Source of the DNA: an uncultured SAR324 cluster bacterium
GTDB taxonomy: Bacteria > SAR324 > NAC60-12
NCBI GenBank assembly: GCA_902564345.1
Contig: CACFAY010000001.1
Span: 25,922 to 89,921 of the forward strand
DNA length: 64,000 nt
Reading direction: 5' to 3'
A program made the translations under genes and the position numbers. Below are positions 10,441 through 24,368 of the stretch, one piece after another. Below the pieces are notes generated by a model. It made no database searches, was not told where the DNA came from, and worked only from the letters and a program-made list of their open reading frames with translations. The first letter of the stretch is position 1, and the number at the start of each line of letters is the position of its first letter.

Positions 10441-10920
10441 CTAGTTTTTTGATCTAAGTAGAACTGCTGCCTGAGCGGCTATTCCCTCCTCGCGGCCTGT
10501 GAATCCCATATGTTCAGTTGTTGTGGCTTTGACTGACAACTGATCCATATTTATTTTCAGAACAGAAGCTAGATTTTTTCGCATATCCAAAAGATAAGTT
10601 TTTAATTTCGGTTTCTCTGCAATGATAATACTATCCAAATTTTCACAGCAATATGCTCTTTCCTCAATCATCTTTTGAACACGACTAAGAAGCTCCAAGC
10701 TGTCTGCTCCTTCAAATTCATCTTCTGTATCAGGAAAATGCTCTCCAATGTCCCCGAGTGCCAGTGCCCCCAGAATAGCATCCATAACAGCATGAACTAG
10801 CACATCAGCATCTGAATGCCCTAGCAGCCCCTTTGTATGTGGTATACGCACTCCTCCAATCACAAGGGGGTATCCCTCTAAAAGTGAGTGTGCATCAAAC
10901 CCTATTCCTATTCTGAACAT
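10441..10920 (-). CDS. ispF: 2-C-methyl-D-erythritol 2,4-cyclodiphosphate synthase
   Basis: IGIGFDAHSL and GHSDADVLVHA motifs, 159 aa. Confidence 0.9.
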   Translation of the reverse strand: MFRIGIGFDAHSLLEGYPLVIGGVRIPHTKGLLGHSDADVLVHAVMDAILGALALGDIGEHFPDTEDEFEGADSLELLSRVQKMIEERAYCCENLDSIIIAEKPKLKTYLLDMRKNLASVLKINMDQLSVKATTTEHMGFTGREEGIAAQAAVLLRSKN

Positions 10921-11078
10921 TGAGAGTAAATGTTTAAAATATTGTAAAATTTATACAACATAATATTTATAATACCATGCAATATAGATATAAATATACT
11001 TGACCGTCAACTTAATTAGATGCTATATTGTGTTGTTTATCTTGAATAAAATATTAACTAAGTATTTTCTATCCTGCA

Positions 11079-11558
11079 ATGGATTTTAAACAAGCTATCA
11101 TTGAGAACGCATGGGGAGGATTCAGCGTGGATTATGGATTGCTTCATCTCCAGCTGGCCACTCCTTTCGCAGTATTGATTGTTCTTTTCATAATGATTTA
11201 TGCTCTTAACAAACTTCTGTTTCAGCCTGTTTTACGAACCCTTGACAATAGGACTGACTCCATAGCAAAAAGTGAGCAGAATATTATTCAGGTAAGTGAA
11301 GAGGTTGAAAGTTTAAAGCAAGACTTTCAAAAAAAACTTGATTCAGTGCGCCTAGAGGCACTTCATCTTAGAAATACAGGACATGAAGAAGGTTTAGCTG
11401 AAAGAGAATCAATGATTTTGGAAGAGAGAAAAACACTGGAGAATGAGATTGAAAAAAATATTGCAGAACTGGAAGGAGAAATTAAGTCTACCAAAAAATT
11501 TTTCTCAAAGCTCAATCAGGAGCTATCAGTATCAATAAGAAAACAACTTCTAAACTAG
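11079..11558 (+). CDS. atpF2: F0F1 ATP synthase subunit b' (second b-type subunit)
   Basis: Single N-terminal TM helix followed by a long charged coiled-coil; positioned immediately before a second b-type gene and atpH. Confidence 0.7.
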   Translation: MDFKQAIIENAWGGFSVDYGLLHLQLATPFAVLIVLFIMIYALNKLLFQPVLRTLDNRTDSIAKSEQNIIQVSEEVESLKQDFQKKLDSVRLEALHLRNTGHEEGLAERESMILEERKTLENEIEKNIAELEGEIKSTKKFFSKLNQELSVSIRKQLLN

Positions 11559-11727
11559 ATTTAAATTCGAAATCACATTTAAGTTACACAGCCTAATTTG
11601 GATTTATTATTGTAAAACGAAAATTATGCTTTTAAAACCCCCTCATTACTTGATTTGTATTAAGAAATATATTCCAGCAATTCATGTAACACGAATTTTT
11701 ATTTTAACTGTTTTTTTGATTTACATG

Positions 11728-12255
11728 AATACATACTTGTTTGCTGCAGAAAATGAAGGTGGCGGCTCTCCGTTAATGGATTTTATCTGGAAAGTTTTAA
11801 ATGTAGCAGTGCTTGTAGCCATAATATATAAATTTGCTAAAAAGCCTTTGGGAAATGCGCTTAGCAACTCTGCTGAATCAGCAAAGAAACTGATAATGGA
11901 TGCTAGGGAAGCAGAAGAAAACCTTAAAGCCGAGTTAAATGATATGCGAAGCAAAATTGTTGGGCTTGAAAAGCAAGCAGAACAAATGGTCAAAAATGCT
12001 AAGAAGGATGCTCAAATTGAAAAAGATCGGATTATTGAAGAAGGCAGACATGAAATAGAACGCATGAAAAGGCAGGCCAGTTTTGCCCTTGAACAAGAAA
12101 GCAGGAAAGCAGAATCTGATCTTAGGTACTGGGTTGCTGAAGAAAGTGTCAAATTAGCAGAAAAAGACCTGAAACAAGAAATGAATCAAAATCAGCAAAA
12201 TAAACTTGCCGAAAAATATATGGATGAATTAAGCCGGACTAAAGGAGCAACATGA
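11728..12255 (+). CDS. atpF: F0F1 ATP synthase subunit b
   Basis: TM helix (VLNVAVLVAIIYKF) then a charged coiled-coil. The track ORF opens at 11626, but the ATG at 11728 (MNTYLF) gives a typical b-subunit length. The stop overlaps the atpH start. Confidence 0.7.
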   Translation, partial: NTYLFAAENEGGGSPLMDFIWKVLNVAVLVAIIYKFAKKPLGNALSNSAESAKKLIMDAREAEENLKAELNDMRSKIVGLEKQAEQMVKNAKKDAQIEKDRIIEEGRHEIERMKRQASFALEQESRKAESDLRYWVAEESVKLAEKDLKQEMNQNQQNKLAEKYMDELSRTKGAT

Positions 12256-12794
12256 GTCAGGGCATGATCGCAAGGCGTTATGCGAAGGCCTTGGTAAATT
12301 TAGCAGAGAATGAAAAAGACCTGGATAATACAGGAATTCACCTTCACTCTATAACAGAGGTTTATTTAGAAAATTCAGAATTGAGGCAGGTACTTTCAGA
12401 CGCTAAGGTTTCATCCGGGGTAAAATTAGAAATTATCAAAGACGTACTAAGTAAAATAAAAGTTTCAAAACTTGTTGACACATTTATCCGTTATATACTG
12501 GCAAAGCGACGCATTGATTTTTTGCCAGACATCGAAAGAGCGTTTAATTTGTTATTACAGGAAAGACTGGGACGAATCGAAGCTAAAGTGACTACTGCCT
12601 CAGAGCTACCAAAAGATACTGTAAAAAAACTGGTTAATGCTATTTCCAGCTATTCAGGTAAAGAGATCGAAGTAAATGTAACCATTGACCCTTCTATCAT
12701 TGGCGGCATAATAACACGTATCGGTTCAACGGTTATTGATGGGAGTATACAAACCTATTTAAATCAGATAAGAAAATCAATTATAAGAGGCTGA
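12252..12794 (+). CDS. atpH: F0F1 ATP synthase subunit delta (OSCP)
   Basis: IARRYAKAL N-terminus typical of delta/OSCP, 180 aa; overlaps the atpF stop by 4 nt. Confidence 0.85.
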   Translation: MSQGMIARRYAKALVNLAENEKDLDNTGIHLHSITEVYLENSELRQVLSDAKVSSGVKLEIIKDVLSKIKVSKLVDTFIRYILAKRRIDFLPDIERAFNLLLQERLGRIEAKVTTASELPKDTVKKLVNAISSYSGKEIEVNVTIDPSIIGGIITRIGSTVIDGSIQTYLNQIRKSIIRG

Positions 12795-14324
<1,530 letters not shown>

Positions 14325-14330
14325 TCAGGA

Positions 14331-16629
<2,299 letters not shown>

Positions 16630-16630
<1 letters not shown>

Positions 16631-17058
16631 TGGCAGATAAACTAAGTCTTGAGGTAGTTACTCCCTTTCGAACAGTTTTGAATGAGGATGTAGATTCAGT
16701 CACGCTTCCTGGAATTGAAGGTGAGATGGGCATTCTTCCACAGCATGTTCCCCTGTTGACCATACTTGATGCTGGAATTATGTCCTACTTAAACGGCGAC
16801 GGAAAAACAGAAGCAATTGCTGTTCACTGGGGATATGCCCAAGTTGACGGAAACAATGTCAGGGTATTGGCAGAGCTTGCTGAAACCGCATCTGAAATTG
16901 ACCTGTCACGTGCACAAGAGGCTGAGAAAAAAGCTAAGGAACTCCTTCAATCTGGGAAACAATCTTCTTCTGATTGGGAGGATGAGGAAGGCCGGCAAAA
17001 TATATATGAGAGAAAACTTCAACGTTCACTTGTGCGCCAGAAAGTAGCACAATTATAG
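16630..17058 (+). CDS. atpC: F0F1 ATP synthase subunit epsilon
   Basis: Start overlaps the atpD stop; beta-sandwich plus C-terminal helix pattern, 142 aa. Confidence 0.9.
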
Positions 17059-17382
17059 TTAAATTCCAAAAAACGAATTAATCTTGGTAATCTCCTATTT
17101 TGAAATCCCTTATACTTAGTTTTTCTAAAAAATCTTTTCGAAAAGGCTAAGACTTTCAGAAAATTTCTTATAGAGTTAAACCTACGAAAACCAGCTTCTC
17201 AGAAAAGATAATTCCCCATCAGGACCACACTCCCCATTCTCAGTGAAAATCACTCAATAAATTTTATAAAATATTGATATAAAATATTAAAATAAGACCA
17301 TATTAAGTCTGTCATGCTTCTTGCACCTATATCATATGTAGTTTTTAAGACTTAATGCCAATTAAAAAAAGATAAAAATATC

Positions 17383-17781
17383 ATGCTGGAAAAGAAATCT
17401 AATTCACGACCAGCCAATAGAAGCTTCCACGAAAACTTAATAAAGAGGCTTGGACCATACGAAGGTAGGGCTCTTGAAGCACTTGGTCAGGATTTTTTCT
17501 ATCTGGTCGATCATCTTTCAGCAGACCTGCATAAAAATCATTCTAAAGATGCTCCATTACTGGATTTGAGTGAGTCAGAATTTCCTTGGGAATTACAGGT
17601 TTTCACGAACCAATTTTTGCGTGAATGTGTAAAATCAAGAGGAGAACTGACGAAATTTTGCTTTGGCTTAAGAAAAAAACTTGAGGAAGAAGAGTTTAGA
17701 AAGGAATTCTGGAAAATACTTGATGCAGCATATCAACAACATTTTTACATAACAGATAGTAAAAAGCACTTTCTTATCTGA
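17383..17781 (+). CDS. hypothetical protein (132 aa), no recognisable domain
   Basis: ORF 18 nt upstream of the DUF368 gene on the same strand, probably co-transcribed. Confidence 0.35.
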   Translation: MLEKKSNSRPANRSFHENLIKRLGPYEGRALEALGQDFFYLVDHLSADLHKNHSKDAPLLDLSESEFPWELQVFTNQFLRECVKSRGELTKFCFGLRKKLEEEEFRKEFWKILDAAYQQHFYITDSKKHFLI

Positions 17782-17798
17782 GTAAAATCTTACTCACC

Positions 17799-18812
17799 AT
17801 GATCCAAAATCCAGCTGAAACTGAAGAAAAAACCCCAGCATCACAGACTAAACCTCCAACATGGAAAGAAGCTTGGTTGGCCACTCCAGGACCAATTAAA
17901 TCTTCCGATTACATAATACTTTTTTTAAAAGGTATGTGTATGGGAATTGCTGATATTGTTCCTGGTGTTTCAGGTGGAACTGTTGCCTTTATAACCGGTA
18001 TTTATTATTCAATGCTTACAGCAATCTCTTCCTTCAACTGGAAAACAATTCTGCATGCACTTCGATTTAGAGGGAAAGACGCACTTTCAGAACTTCACAT
18101 GCGTTTTATAGTTACACTTGCTTTAGGAATTGCTTTGGCTTTAATTACTACAGCCCACCTAATGCATTACCTACTTACCAAACATGCAATCATGACATGG
18201 TCTTTATTCTTTGGTTTGATAGCAGCTTCAATCATTGTAGTAAGCCACTCAATTAAAAATCGAATTTCGAGTTTACCTATATTATTATTAAGCACTCTTA
18301 TAGCTTATGGTATAACTGGCCTAATTCCACTGCATACCCCAGAAGAGCCTTGGTTTATATTCTTGTGCGGGTTTGTTGCAATATCCGCAATGATTCTTCC
18401 GGGACTCAGTGGTTCATTTATTCTTCTTGTTTTGGGAAAATATGCTTTCATTACAGCTGCACTGAGAAATCCATTTATGATGGAAAATATTCAAATTCTT
18501 TTGATTTTCATTGCTGGATGTTTAGCTGGGATATTGGGATTTTCAAGGATTATCCGCTATGGACTTATGCGCTGGCACGATTTCACGATAGCATTCCTAA
18601 CTGGACTTATGATCGGAGCTATGCGAAAAGTTTGGCCTTGGAAAGTTGCTTTGGAAAGTCAAATTATTCGTGGAAGGGAATATGTGATAAGGGAAGAAAA
18701 TGTCTGGCCCATATTGGATGGCGAATTTGTGATTGCAATACTTTTAATGTCCTCTGGTTTTGTGATGGTTCTTACACTAGAGAAAATTTCAGTAAAAAAT
18801 TCTGTCAATTAA
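17799..18812 (+). CDS. DUF368-family membrane protein (candidate polyprenyl-phosphate flippase, PopT-like)
   Basis: Duplicated PGxSxSG motifs (DIVPGVSGGTVAF and LPGLSGSFILL) and about 8 predicted TM helices characteristic of DUF368. Confidence 0.7.
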   Translation: MIQNPAETEEKTPASQTKPPTWKEAWLATPGPIKSSDYIILFLKGMCMGIADIVPGVSGGTVAFITGIYYSMLTAISSFNWKTILHALRFRGKDALSELHMRFIVTLALGIALALITTAHLMHYLLTKHAIMTWSLFFGLIAASIIVVSHSIKNRISSLPILLLSTLIAYGITGLIPLHTPEEPWFIFLCGFVAISAMILPGLSGSFILLVLGKYAFITAALRNPFMMENIQILLIFIAGCLAGILGFSRIIRYGLMRWHDFTIAFLTGLMIGAMRKVWPWKVALESQIIRGREYVIREENVWPILDGEFVIAILLMSSGFVMVLTLEKISVKNSVN

Positions 18813-18814
18813 AC

Positions 18815-19588
18815 TTATTCTCGCAAACCTTTTAAAAATTGCTTTACAGAACTAATTAATATTTCACGCATCTTAAGCTCCTCTTCTGGATTTTCACTGC
18901 CGGCAAACCTCTCAAAATAATCAGTAACTGTTTGCAAAGAATCTTTTAGTTTATCAGGTGTCATTCTATATGTTCTCAATGAATAGTCTTTGCCCTTTTT
19001 TATTTTTGAAGATCCGTTTTGCTCCAGCAAATTCCTTTCACGAACGAGTTTAAGTGTTTTCCTTAGTTCCTTAATACTTGGTGCATTTTTTTCTCCTCTT
19101 GCTTGATGCCAAATCTCTTCTCTTTCTTCATGAGTTCTGCAGTTACTCAGAAGGTATGCCCCTGAAGCTGTGTAGCGACTAATAAGCTCAGGATTTTGCT
19201 CATATACTTGAGCCACCTTTCGGCATTGCATGGCCGATGAGTAAGGCATATTAATATTTTCAGCATACCAGGATTTTATCTGCTCAATTGTGAGTTTTGA
19301 TTCTCTTAACAATGAATGCAGGGAAATTAAGTGAAGTCCCAGTAAAAAATAATCATCTGCTATATTTTCAATGTACTTATTTATCTTGTTCACCACAGTC
19401 TGTACTTTCGGATAACCCTTTTGAAGAGACTCTTTTGCAGAATCTATATTCAATTTAGGAATAAAAAATTCTTTTTTTATCCTTCCTATTGGAAGTGACG
19501 AACCATCTCTGGTCAAATAATTTTTATTAAAACCTTCCTGCTGAATCTCACGCTGAGAATTTAGGTTTATTTTAAGTTTTTTATTCAT
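18815..19588 (-). CDS. hypothetical protein (257 aa), basic, predicted helical; possible partner of the upstream orphan ParA-like ATPase
   Basis: ATG start; coding-like composition; no TM segment; no recognisable motif. It lies 180 bp downstream of the ParA-like gene on the same strand. Confidence 0.45.
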   Translation of the reverse strand: MNKKLKINLNSQREIQQEGFNKNYLTRDGSSLPIGRIKKEFFIPKLNIDSAKESLQKGYPKVQTVVNKINKYIENIADDYFLLGLHLISLHSLLRESKLTIEQIKSWYAENINMPYSSAMQCRKVAQVYEQNPELISRYTASGAYLLSNCRTHEEREEIWHQARGEKNAPSIKELRKTLKLVRERNLLEQNGSSKIKKGKDYSLRTYRMTPDKLKDSLQTVTDYFERFAGSENPEEELKMREILISSVKQFLKGLRE

Positions 19589-19769
19589 AACATTTCTTCA
19601 TCCTTGAAGCTTTTTATAATAATAAAAATTAATTTACTAAAGTATTTCTTGCTAATAAACCATGTTCAAATACTAAATGCATTATTAATTTAATTTTACA
19701 TATTTTTAAGAAAAATCTGAATATATTGTCCTTAAGCAAAATAATCGCAAAAATTGTGTTTTTAATCAT

Positions 19770-20540
19770 TTATTTTTTTCTTTGCTTAACTATCCTCCGC
19801 ATAATTTCTCTACATAGCAAATCGTACATTCCAGCACCACGGGTACAACCATTTTTATAATCAAAAATATTTTTCTGAAAGGCTGGAGCTTCCTGAATAG
19901 ACACGGATTCTTCTATAATAGAACTAAAAATCAAATCTGGCCATCTTTCTTTAAGTCCAATAGTAATTGTTCTGGCAAGCCTCGTACGTGGTTGAGTTCG
20001 AGTTATAGCAATACCCAAGACTTCGGCGTTGCACTCACCCAGCTTGCTTTCCTTAAAGTCTTCAATGTATGACATTATCTGATCACAACCACTGTATCCA
20101 AGATAATCAGTAACCACTGGCACTATAACAAAATCAACAAACATTAGAATATTACGACTGATTTCGTTCCAGCTTGGTGCAGTATCAATTATGACTATAT
20201 TATGATTTATGGTTGAAAGTAGATTTTTTAGCAGATCATCTTTGAACTGTGTGTGACTTAAATAGCTACAAGCCTCGACCATTGCTTGTCCTCCAGAAGG
20301 CAAAAAGGAAAGACGCTCGGCTAACTGGATAAACTCAAAATTACCTGCTTTACCCAAAATTATGTTGGCAAGATTACAAAAGTGATCTCGCTGAAAAGTA
20401 GTTGTAATATTAGCCTGAATATCAGAGTCAATTAAGAGAACATCACGTCTGGCCTTAGCAATGCGGCTAGCAAAGTTTATTGCAAGAGTTGTTTTTGCCT
20501 GCCCACCTTTCATGGTCATGACTGCAATTTTAATACTCAC
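19770..20540 (-). CDS. ParA/MinD-family P-loop ATPase (orphan, deviant Walker A KGGQAKTT)
   Basis: AVMTMKGGQAKTTLAINFA with the signature lysine present; LLIDSDIQAN (Walker A') and VIIDTAP (Walker B) regions; GTG start preceded by a GGGAAGG Shine-Dalgarno sequence. Confidence 0.7.
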   Translation of the reverse strand: MSIKIAVMTMKGGQAKTTLAINFASRIAKARRDVLLIDSDIQANITTTFQRDHFCNLANIILGKAGNFEFIQLAERLSFLPSGGQAMVEACSYLSHTQFKDDLLKNLLSTINHNIVIIDTAPSWNEISRNILMFVDFVIVPVVTDYLGYSGCDQIMSYIEDFKESKLGECNAEVLGIAITRTQPRTRLARTITIGLKERWPDLIFSSIIEESVSIQEAPAFQKNIFDYKNGCTRGAGMYDLLCREIMRRIVKQRKK

Positions 20541-20574
20541 GCCTTCCCGATTTTATTCATTAAGATTATAAAAT

Positions 20575-22209
20575 TCAGCTGGGAGTTGCCAAAAAAGGTT
20601 TTGGCAGATATGCTTGACAAGCAAAAGGCAGTCTTACTCCTTGAGTTTGTAAATAACGAAGCCTATATAAATATGCCGCACCAATCATAATATGCCATGC
20701 CACTTCAACTGTTTTACGTTGAGAAACATCCTCTAGATATGTACCTTTTACCCAGTTGTTGAAAGCTCCAATTGCTGGACCTGCCCAAATCTGATAATCC
20801 GTTTCACGCCCTTTCTCTCCAGTGTTTGACCATTGTGAAGTTAATCCTAGGTACCAGCGAAAGATTAAAGCCATCTTTCTCTTTGGATGATCTGTTGCGC
20901 GTTCAATTTGATGAGGATCTCTTTCATAAAAGTATTCTTTTGTCTTATTCCAGATCTGATCAAGTGAGTTGTGAAAAATTTGTTTCTCCAGTTTTTGCCG
21001 ATCAGGCAAAGGTATTTCTTCGATGCTTTCATAATTCATATAGAGTTCATAAAGTTTTTTAGCCCGCATTGGGAATAAAGTTCCTCGCTTGAGAACCTGA
21101 AGTTCGACACCCATTTCAAACATATCTGCGGCAGGAGCCATTATTACATCAGACATCTCTGCCTGAGCAAGAAGTCCTTTACTGTATTCAGAAGCCGCTG
21201 CTTCAACACATGCCTGGTTTACTGAACCTGTGACTACATATGCAGCACCCATAATAAAAGCTGCCAGTGCAGATGCAGGAGTTCCTATTCCACCTGCCGC
21301 ACCCACGCGGATAGTTCGTGAATATCTATATTTTTCCTGAAATTTTTCACGCAATTCTATTATGGCAGGAAGGAGAGACACTAGTGGACGATTGTCAGTA
21401 TGTCCTCCTGAATCAGCTTCAACGGTGATATCATCCGCCATAGGAACTGCTGCAGCAAGCTGAGCCTGTTCCCTTGTAATACTTTTTTTCTCAACCAAAT
21501 TATTTAGTATCGCTTCGGGAGCTGGAGCCATAAATTTTGAAGCTACTTCCATTCGTGAAATTTTTGCAATTACTCTATTTGTTATTTCAATCTGGTTTTC
21601 AGAATCCCTGCGTAAGCCTGCCGCTCTATAACGAACAATATTGGGAGTTAAGCTAAGAAATGCAGAGGCTTCAACTGTTCTAACACGATATTTCAAGTAT
21701 AAGTCGACTGCAGCGCTTTCAATTGCTTCTTCACTTGGACTGTGAATCAAGTTAAAAGCATAAGGACCCTGCGGCAAAGCCTTCTGAATTTTGATTATTG
21801 ATTTTTCAATTATGGAAGGAAGTAATCCTGCGGAACCAAAAGAACTTAGCAAACCGGCCTTACCTGAAGAAATAACAAGATTATCTGAGGCTATTCCATT
21901 TGCCATAGATCCGGTCATATAGGCCATTTTTAGACCATAAAACTTGATGAATTCAGGATCTCCAAGCTGGTCTATTTTAAGAGGTCGTGATTCTGCCAGA
22001 AGTCCCATTAATGGCCCAGAAGAAGACTCATCCACTTCCTCCTTCATACAAACTCCAACTGAATCCCCATTTTTGACAATATAGCATGTTTTTTCTAGCT
22101 GGAGCAGCTTTTCACATATTTCTTCATCAGTATATGATACTAACTCAGGAACAATTTTCAGTTTTGTAAAATTATCTTTAATTTCTGAATCCAAAAGAAC
22201 TTTTTTCAT
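20575..22209 (-). CDS. PfaD-family trans-acting enoyl reductase (NPD/FabK-like FMN TIM barrel with N- and C-terminal extensions)
   Basis: 544 aa. GSMANGIAS, DSGGHTDNRPL and VGAAGGIGTP motifs typical of the 2-nitropropane dioxygenase/enoyl-ACP reductase II fold. Length and extensions match the PfaD family (about 540 aa) rather than FabK (about 320 aa). Confidence 0.6.
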   Translation of the reverse strand: MKKVLLDSEIKDNFTKLKIVPELVSYTDEEICEKLLQLEKTCYIVKNGDSVGVCMKEEVDESSSGPLMGLLAESRPLKIDQLGDPEFIKFYGLKMAYMTGSMANGIASDNLVISSGKAGLLSSFGSAGLLPSIIEKSIIKIQKALPQGPYAFNLIHSPSEEAIESAAVDLYLKYRVRTVEASAFLSLTPNIVRYRAAGLRRDSENQIEITNRVIAKISRMEVASKFMAPAPEAILNNLVEKKSITREQAQLAAAVPMADDITVEADSGGHTDNRPLVSLLPAIIELREKFQEKYRYSRTIRVGAAGGIGTPASALAAFIMGAAYVVTGSVNQACVEAAASEYSKGLLAQAEMSDVIMAPAADMFEMGVELQVLKRGTLFPMRAKKLYELYMNYESIEEIPLPDRQKLEKQIFHNSLDQIWNKTKEYFYERDPHQIERATDHPKRKMALIFRWYLGLTSQWSNTGEKGRETDYQIWAGPAIGAFNNWVKGTYLEDVSQRKTVEVAWHIMIGAAYLYRLRYLQTQGVRLPFACQAYLPKPFLATPS

Positions 22210-22238
22210 TAATTTAGAATAATTTTATTCGATTATTT

Positions 22239-24053
22239 TCAGCGTTCAATTTTCAGAACAGCCATAAATGCTTCCTGAGGGACTTCGACTGAGCCGACAC
22301 GTTTCATTCTTTTTTTGCCTTCTTTCTGCTTTTCCAGCAGTTTTCTTTTTCGTGTTATATCTCCTCCATAACATTTTGCTGTTACATCTTTGCGCTGTGC
22401 ACCCTGCGTTTCGCGGGCTATAACTTTAGCTCCAATGGCCGCTTGAATTGCAACTTCGTACATCTGTTTTGGAATAAATTCTTTAATTTTTTTTGCCAGC
22501 TCACGACCCTTAAATTGAGCCTTGTCACGAGGAACAATCAAGGACAATGCATCCACTATATCGCCATTTAGAAGTATGTCCAGTTTGACCAATGCGCCTT
22601 TACGAAAATCAACCAGTTCATAATCTAAAGATGCATATCCCTTAGAAATTGATTTTAGCTGATCATAAAAATCTAATACAATTTCATTTAAGGGAATTTC
22701 ATATTCAAGCATAACACGATTTGGGGCAGGATACTCCATAAGGCTCTGAAATCCCCTCCGCTCCTGTGCAAGTTTCATAATTCCCCCAACATATTCCTGA
22801 GGAGTCAAAATCCGGGCACGAATATAGGGCTCTTTAATGTGATCAATTTCAATTGGAGATGGCAGTTGAGAAGGATTATCAATCGAGATGACTACTCCTT
22901 TTTTAAGATGAACCTCATATACAACACTTGGTGCAGTTGTAATGAGACGCAGGTTAAATTCTCTCTCCAATCGTTCCTGTGCAATCTCCATATGTAAAAG
23001 ACCTAGAAATCCACAACGAAAGCCAAAGCCAAGTGCGGCAGAAGTTTCCATTTCATAGCTAAGAGATGAATCATTCAAAGACAATTTTCGTAATGCTTCT
23101 TTAAGTTCTTCATACTGTGCGCTTTCTACAGGAAAAATTCCACTGAAAACCATAGGTTTTGCCTCAGTGTAACCAGAAAGTGGTTCGGTGTCTACATTAC
23201 CAACTTTAGTAATAGTATCACCGATTATTGTGTGACCTATGGTTTTTATTGATGCACTCAAAAAACCAACCTCACCCAGTTTAAGTTCTTCTCGTTGTTC
23301 GGGAAATGGAGTGAAGACACCGAGTTGGAAAACTTCATATTCCTTTCCAGTTGCCATAAATCGAATTTTGTCCCCAATTTTTACGTCTCCGTCTACAATC
23401 CTTATCATCAGAACAATGCCTAGATAAGAATCAAACCAAGAGTCAAAGATTAGGGCGCGTAGAGGAGCTTCAGAATCACCAGATGGAGGAGGGATATAAT
23501 CCACGATCTGTTGCAGAACCTCAGGAATTCCAATACTTTTTTTTGCGCTTACCCTAGCAGCATTGCTGCTATCAAGACCGATAATGTCTTCAATTTCTCG
23601 GCAAACCTTATCTGTCTCCGCAGAAGGTAGATCTATTTTGTTCAACACAGGAAGAACTTCCAAATTATTATCAATTGCCATATAAACATTAGCTAAAGTC
23701 TGGGCTTCCACACCCTGAGCCGCATCAACAACAAGGAGTGCCCCTTCACATGCAGCAAGTGAACGGGAAACTTCATAGGTAAAATCAACATGTCCTGGAG
23801 TGTCTATAAGATTTAACATGTATTCTCTGCCGTCTTTTGCCCGGTAATTTAAGCATACCGTTTGTGATTTTACAGTAATGCCCCTTTCCCGTTCAATATC
23901 CATTTTATCAAGAAGTTGTTCTTGTGCCTCCCTTTCAGTGACCGCTCCTGTTTCTTTCATTAAGCAGTCTGCCAGTGTCGACTTTCCATGGTCAACATGT
24001 GCAATTATTGAGAAGTTTCGGATCAGGCTGGATTCAGGGGGGTTGTTTTTCAT
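22239..24053 (-). CDS. lepA: translation elongation factor 4 (LepA)
   Basis: [20 protein letters not shown]1 motif and full-length EF4 architecture. The track ORF opens at a TTG at 24065; the ATG at 24053 (MKNNPPE) matches other LepA N-termini. Confidence 0.95.
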   Translation of the reverse strand: MKNNPPESSLIRNFSIIAHVDHGKSTLADCLMKETGAVTEREAQEQLLDKMDIERERGITVKSQTVCLNYRAKDGREYMLNLIDTPGHVDFTYEVSRSLAACEGALLVVDAAQGVEAQTLANVYMAIDNNLEVLPVLNKIDLPSAETDKVCREIEDIIGLDSSNAARVSAKKSIGIPEVLQQIVDYIPPPSGDSEAPLRALIFDSWFDSYLGIVLMIRIVDGDVKIGDKIRFMATGKEYEVFQLGVFTPFPEQREELKLGEVGFLSASIKTIGHTIIGDTITKVGNVDTEPLSGYTEAKPMVFSGIFPVESAQYEELKEALRKLSLNDSSLSYEMETSAALGFGFRCGFLGLLHMEIAQERLEREFNLRLITTAPSVVYEVHLKKGVVISIDNPSQLPSPIEIDHIKEPYIRARILTPQEYVGGIMKLAQERRGFQSLMEYPAPNRVMLEYEIPLNEIVLDFYDQLKSISKGYASLDYELVDFRKGALVKLDILLNGDIVDALSLIVPRDKAQFKGRELAKKIKEFIPKQMYEVAIQAAIGAKVIARETQGAQRKDVTAKCYGGDITRKRKLLEKQKEGKKRMKRVGSVEVPQEAFMAVLKIER

Positions 24054-24368
24054 GTATATGTACAAAAGTTTTTGTAATATAACAAGTTGTTGGCTATGAT
24101 CATTTTTCGTTTGGTGTCTATTTTAAAAAGGATTAGCACATACTTTTTAATTAACAAATTAATCTAAATTTTATGGTTGAATAGAAATAACTTAATTAAA
24201 TTATTTTCAAGAAGTTTTTTGTTAAATTATGACACAATTCTATAAAAAAATCGAGATATGACTGCTTTGCTCGTAGCTTAGATCTTTATTAAATTTCTAG
24301 AAGAGAAAAAGTTTTCAGGTTTTCATACAGTTCTTAATCTGCTATCTTTTTCTCTTCACCTGACCAAT

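Noticed and set aside
11626-11727. 5' extension of the atpF ORF track entry (MLLKPPHYLICIKKYIPAIHVTRIFILTVFLIY)
   Set aside because: It is not similar to b-subunit N-termini and would add a second hydrophobic stretch. The internal ATG at 11728 gives the canonical single-TM b subunit.
18350-18835. 161-codon alternative-frame ORF inside the DUF368 gene, and many 60-170-codon antisense ORFs inside atpA, atpD, glpK, xdhB, the PGM-like gene, flagellin and others
   Set aside because: They are fully embedded in strongly supported genes, and their translations are Cys/Ser/Leu-rich nonsense typical of shadow ORFs.
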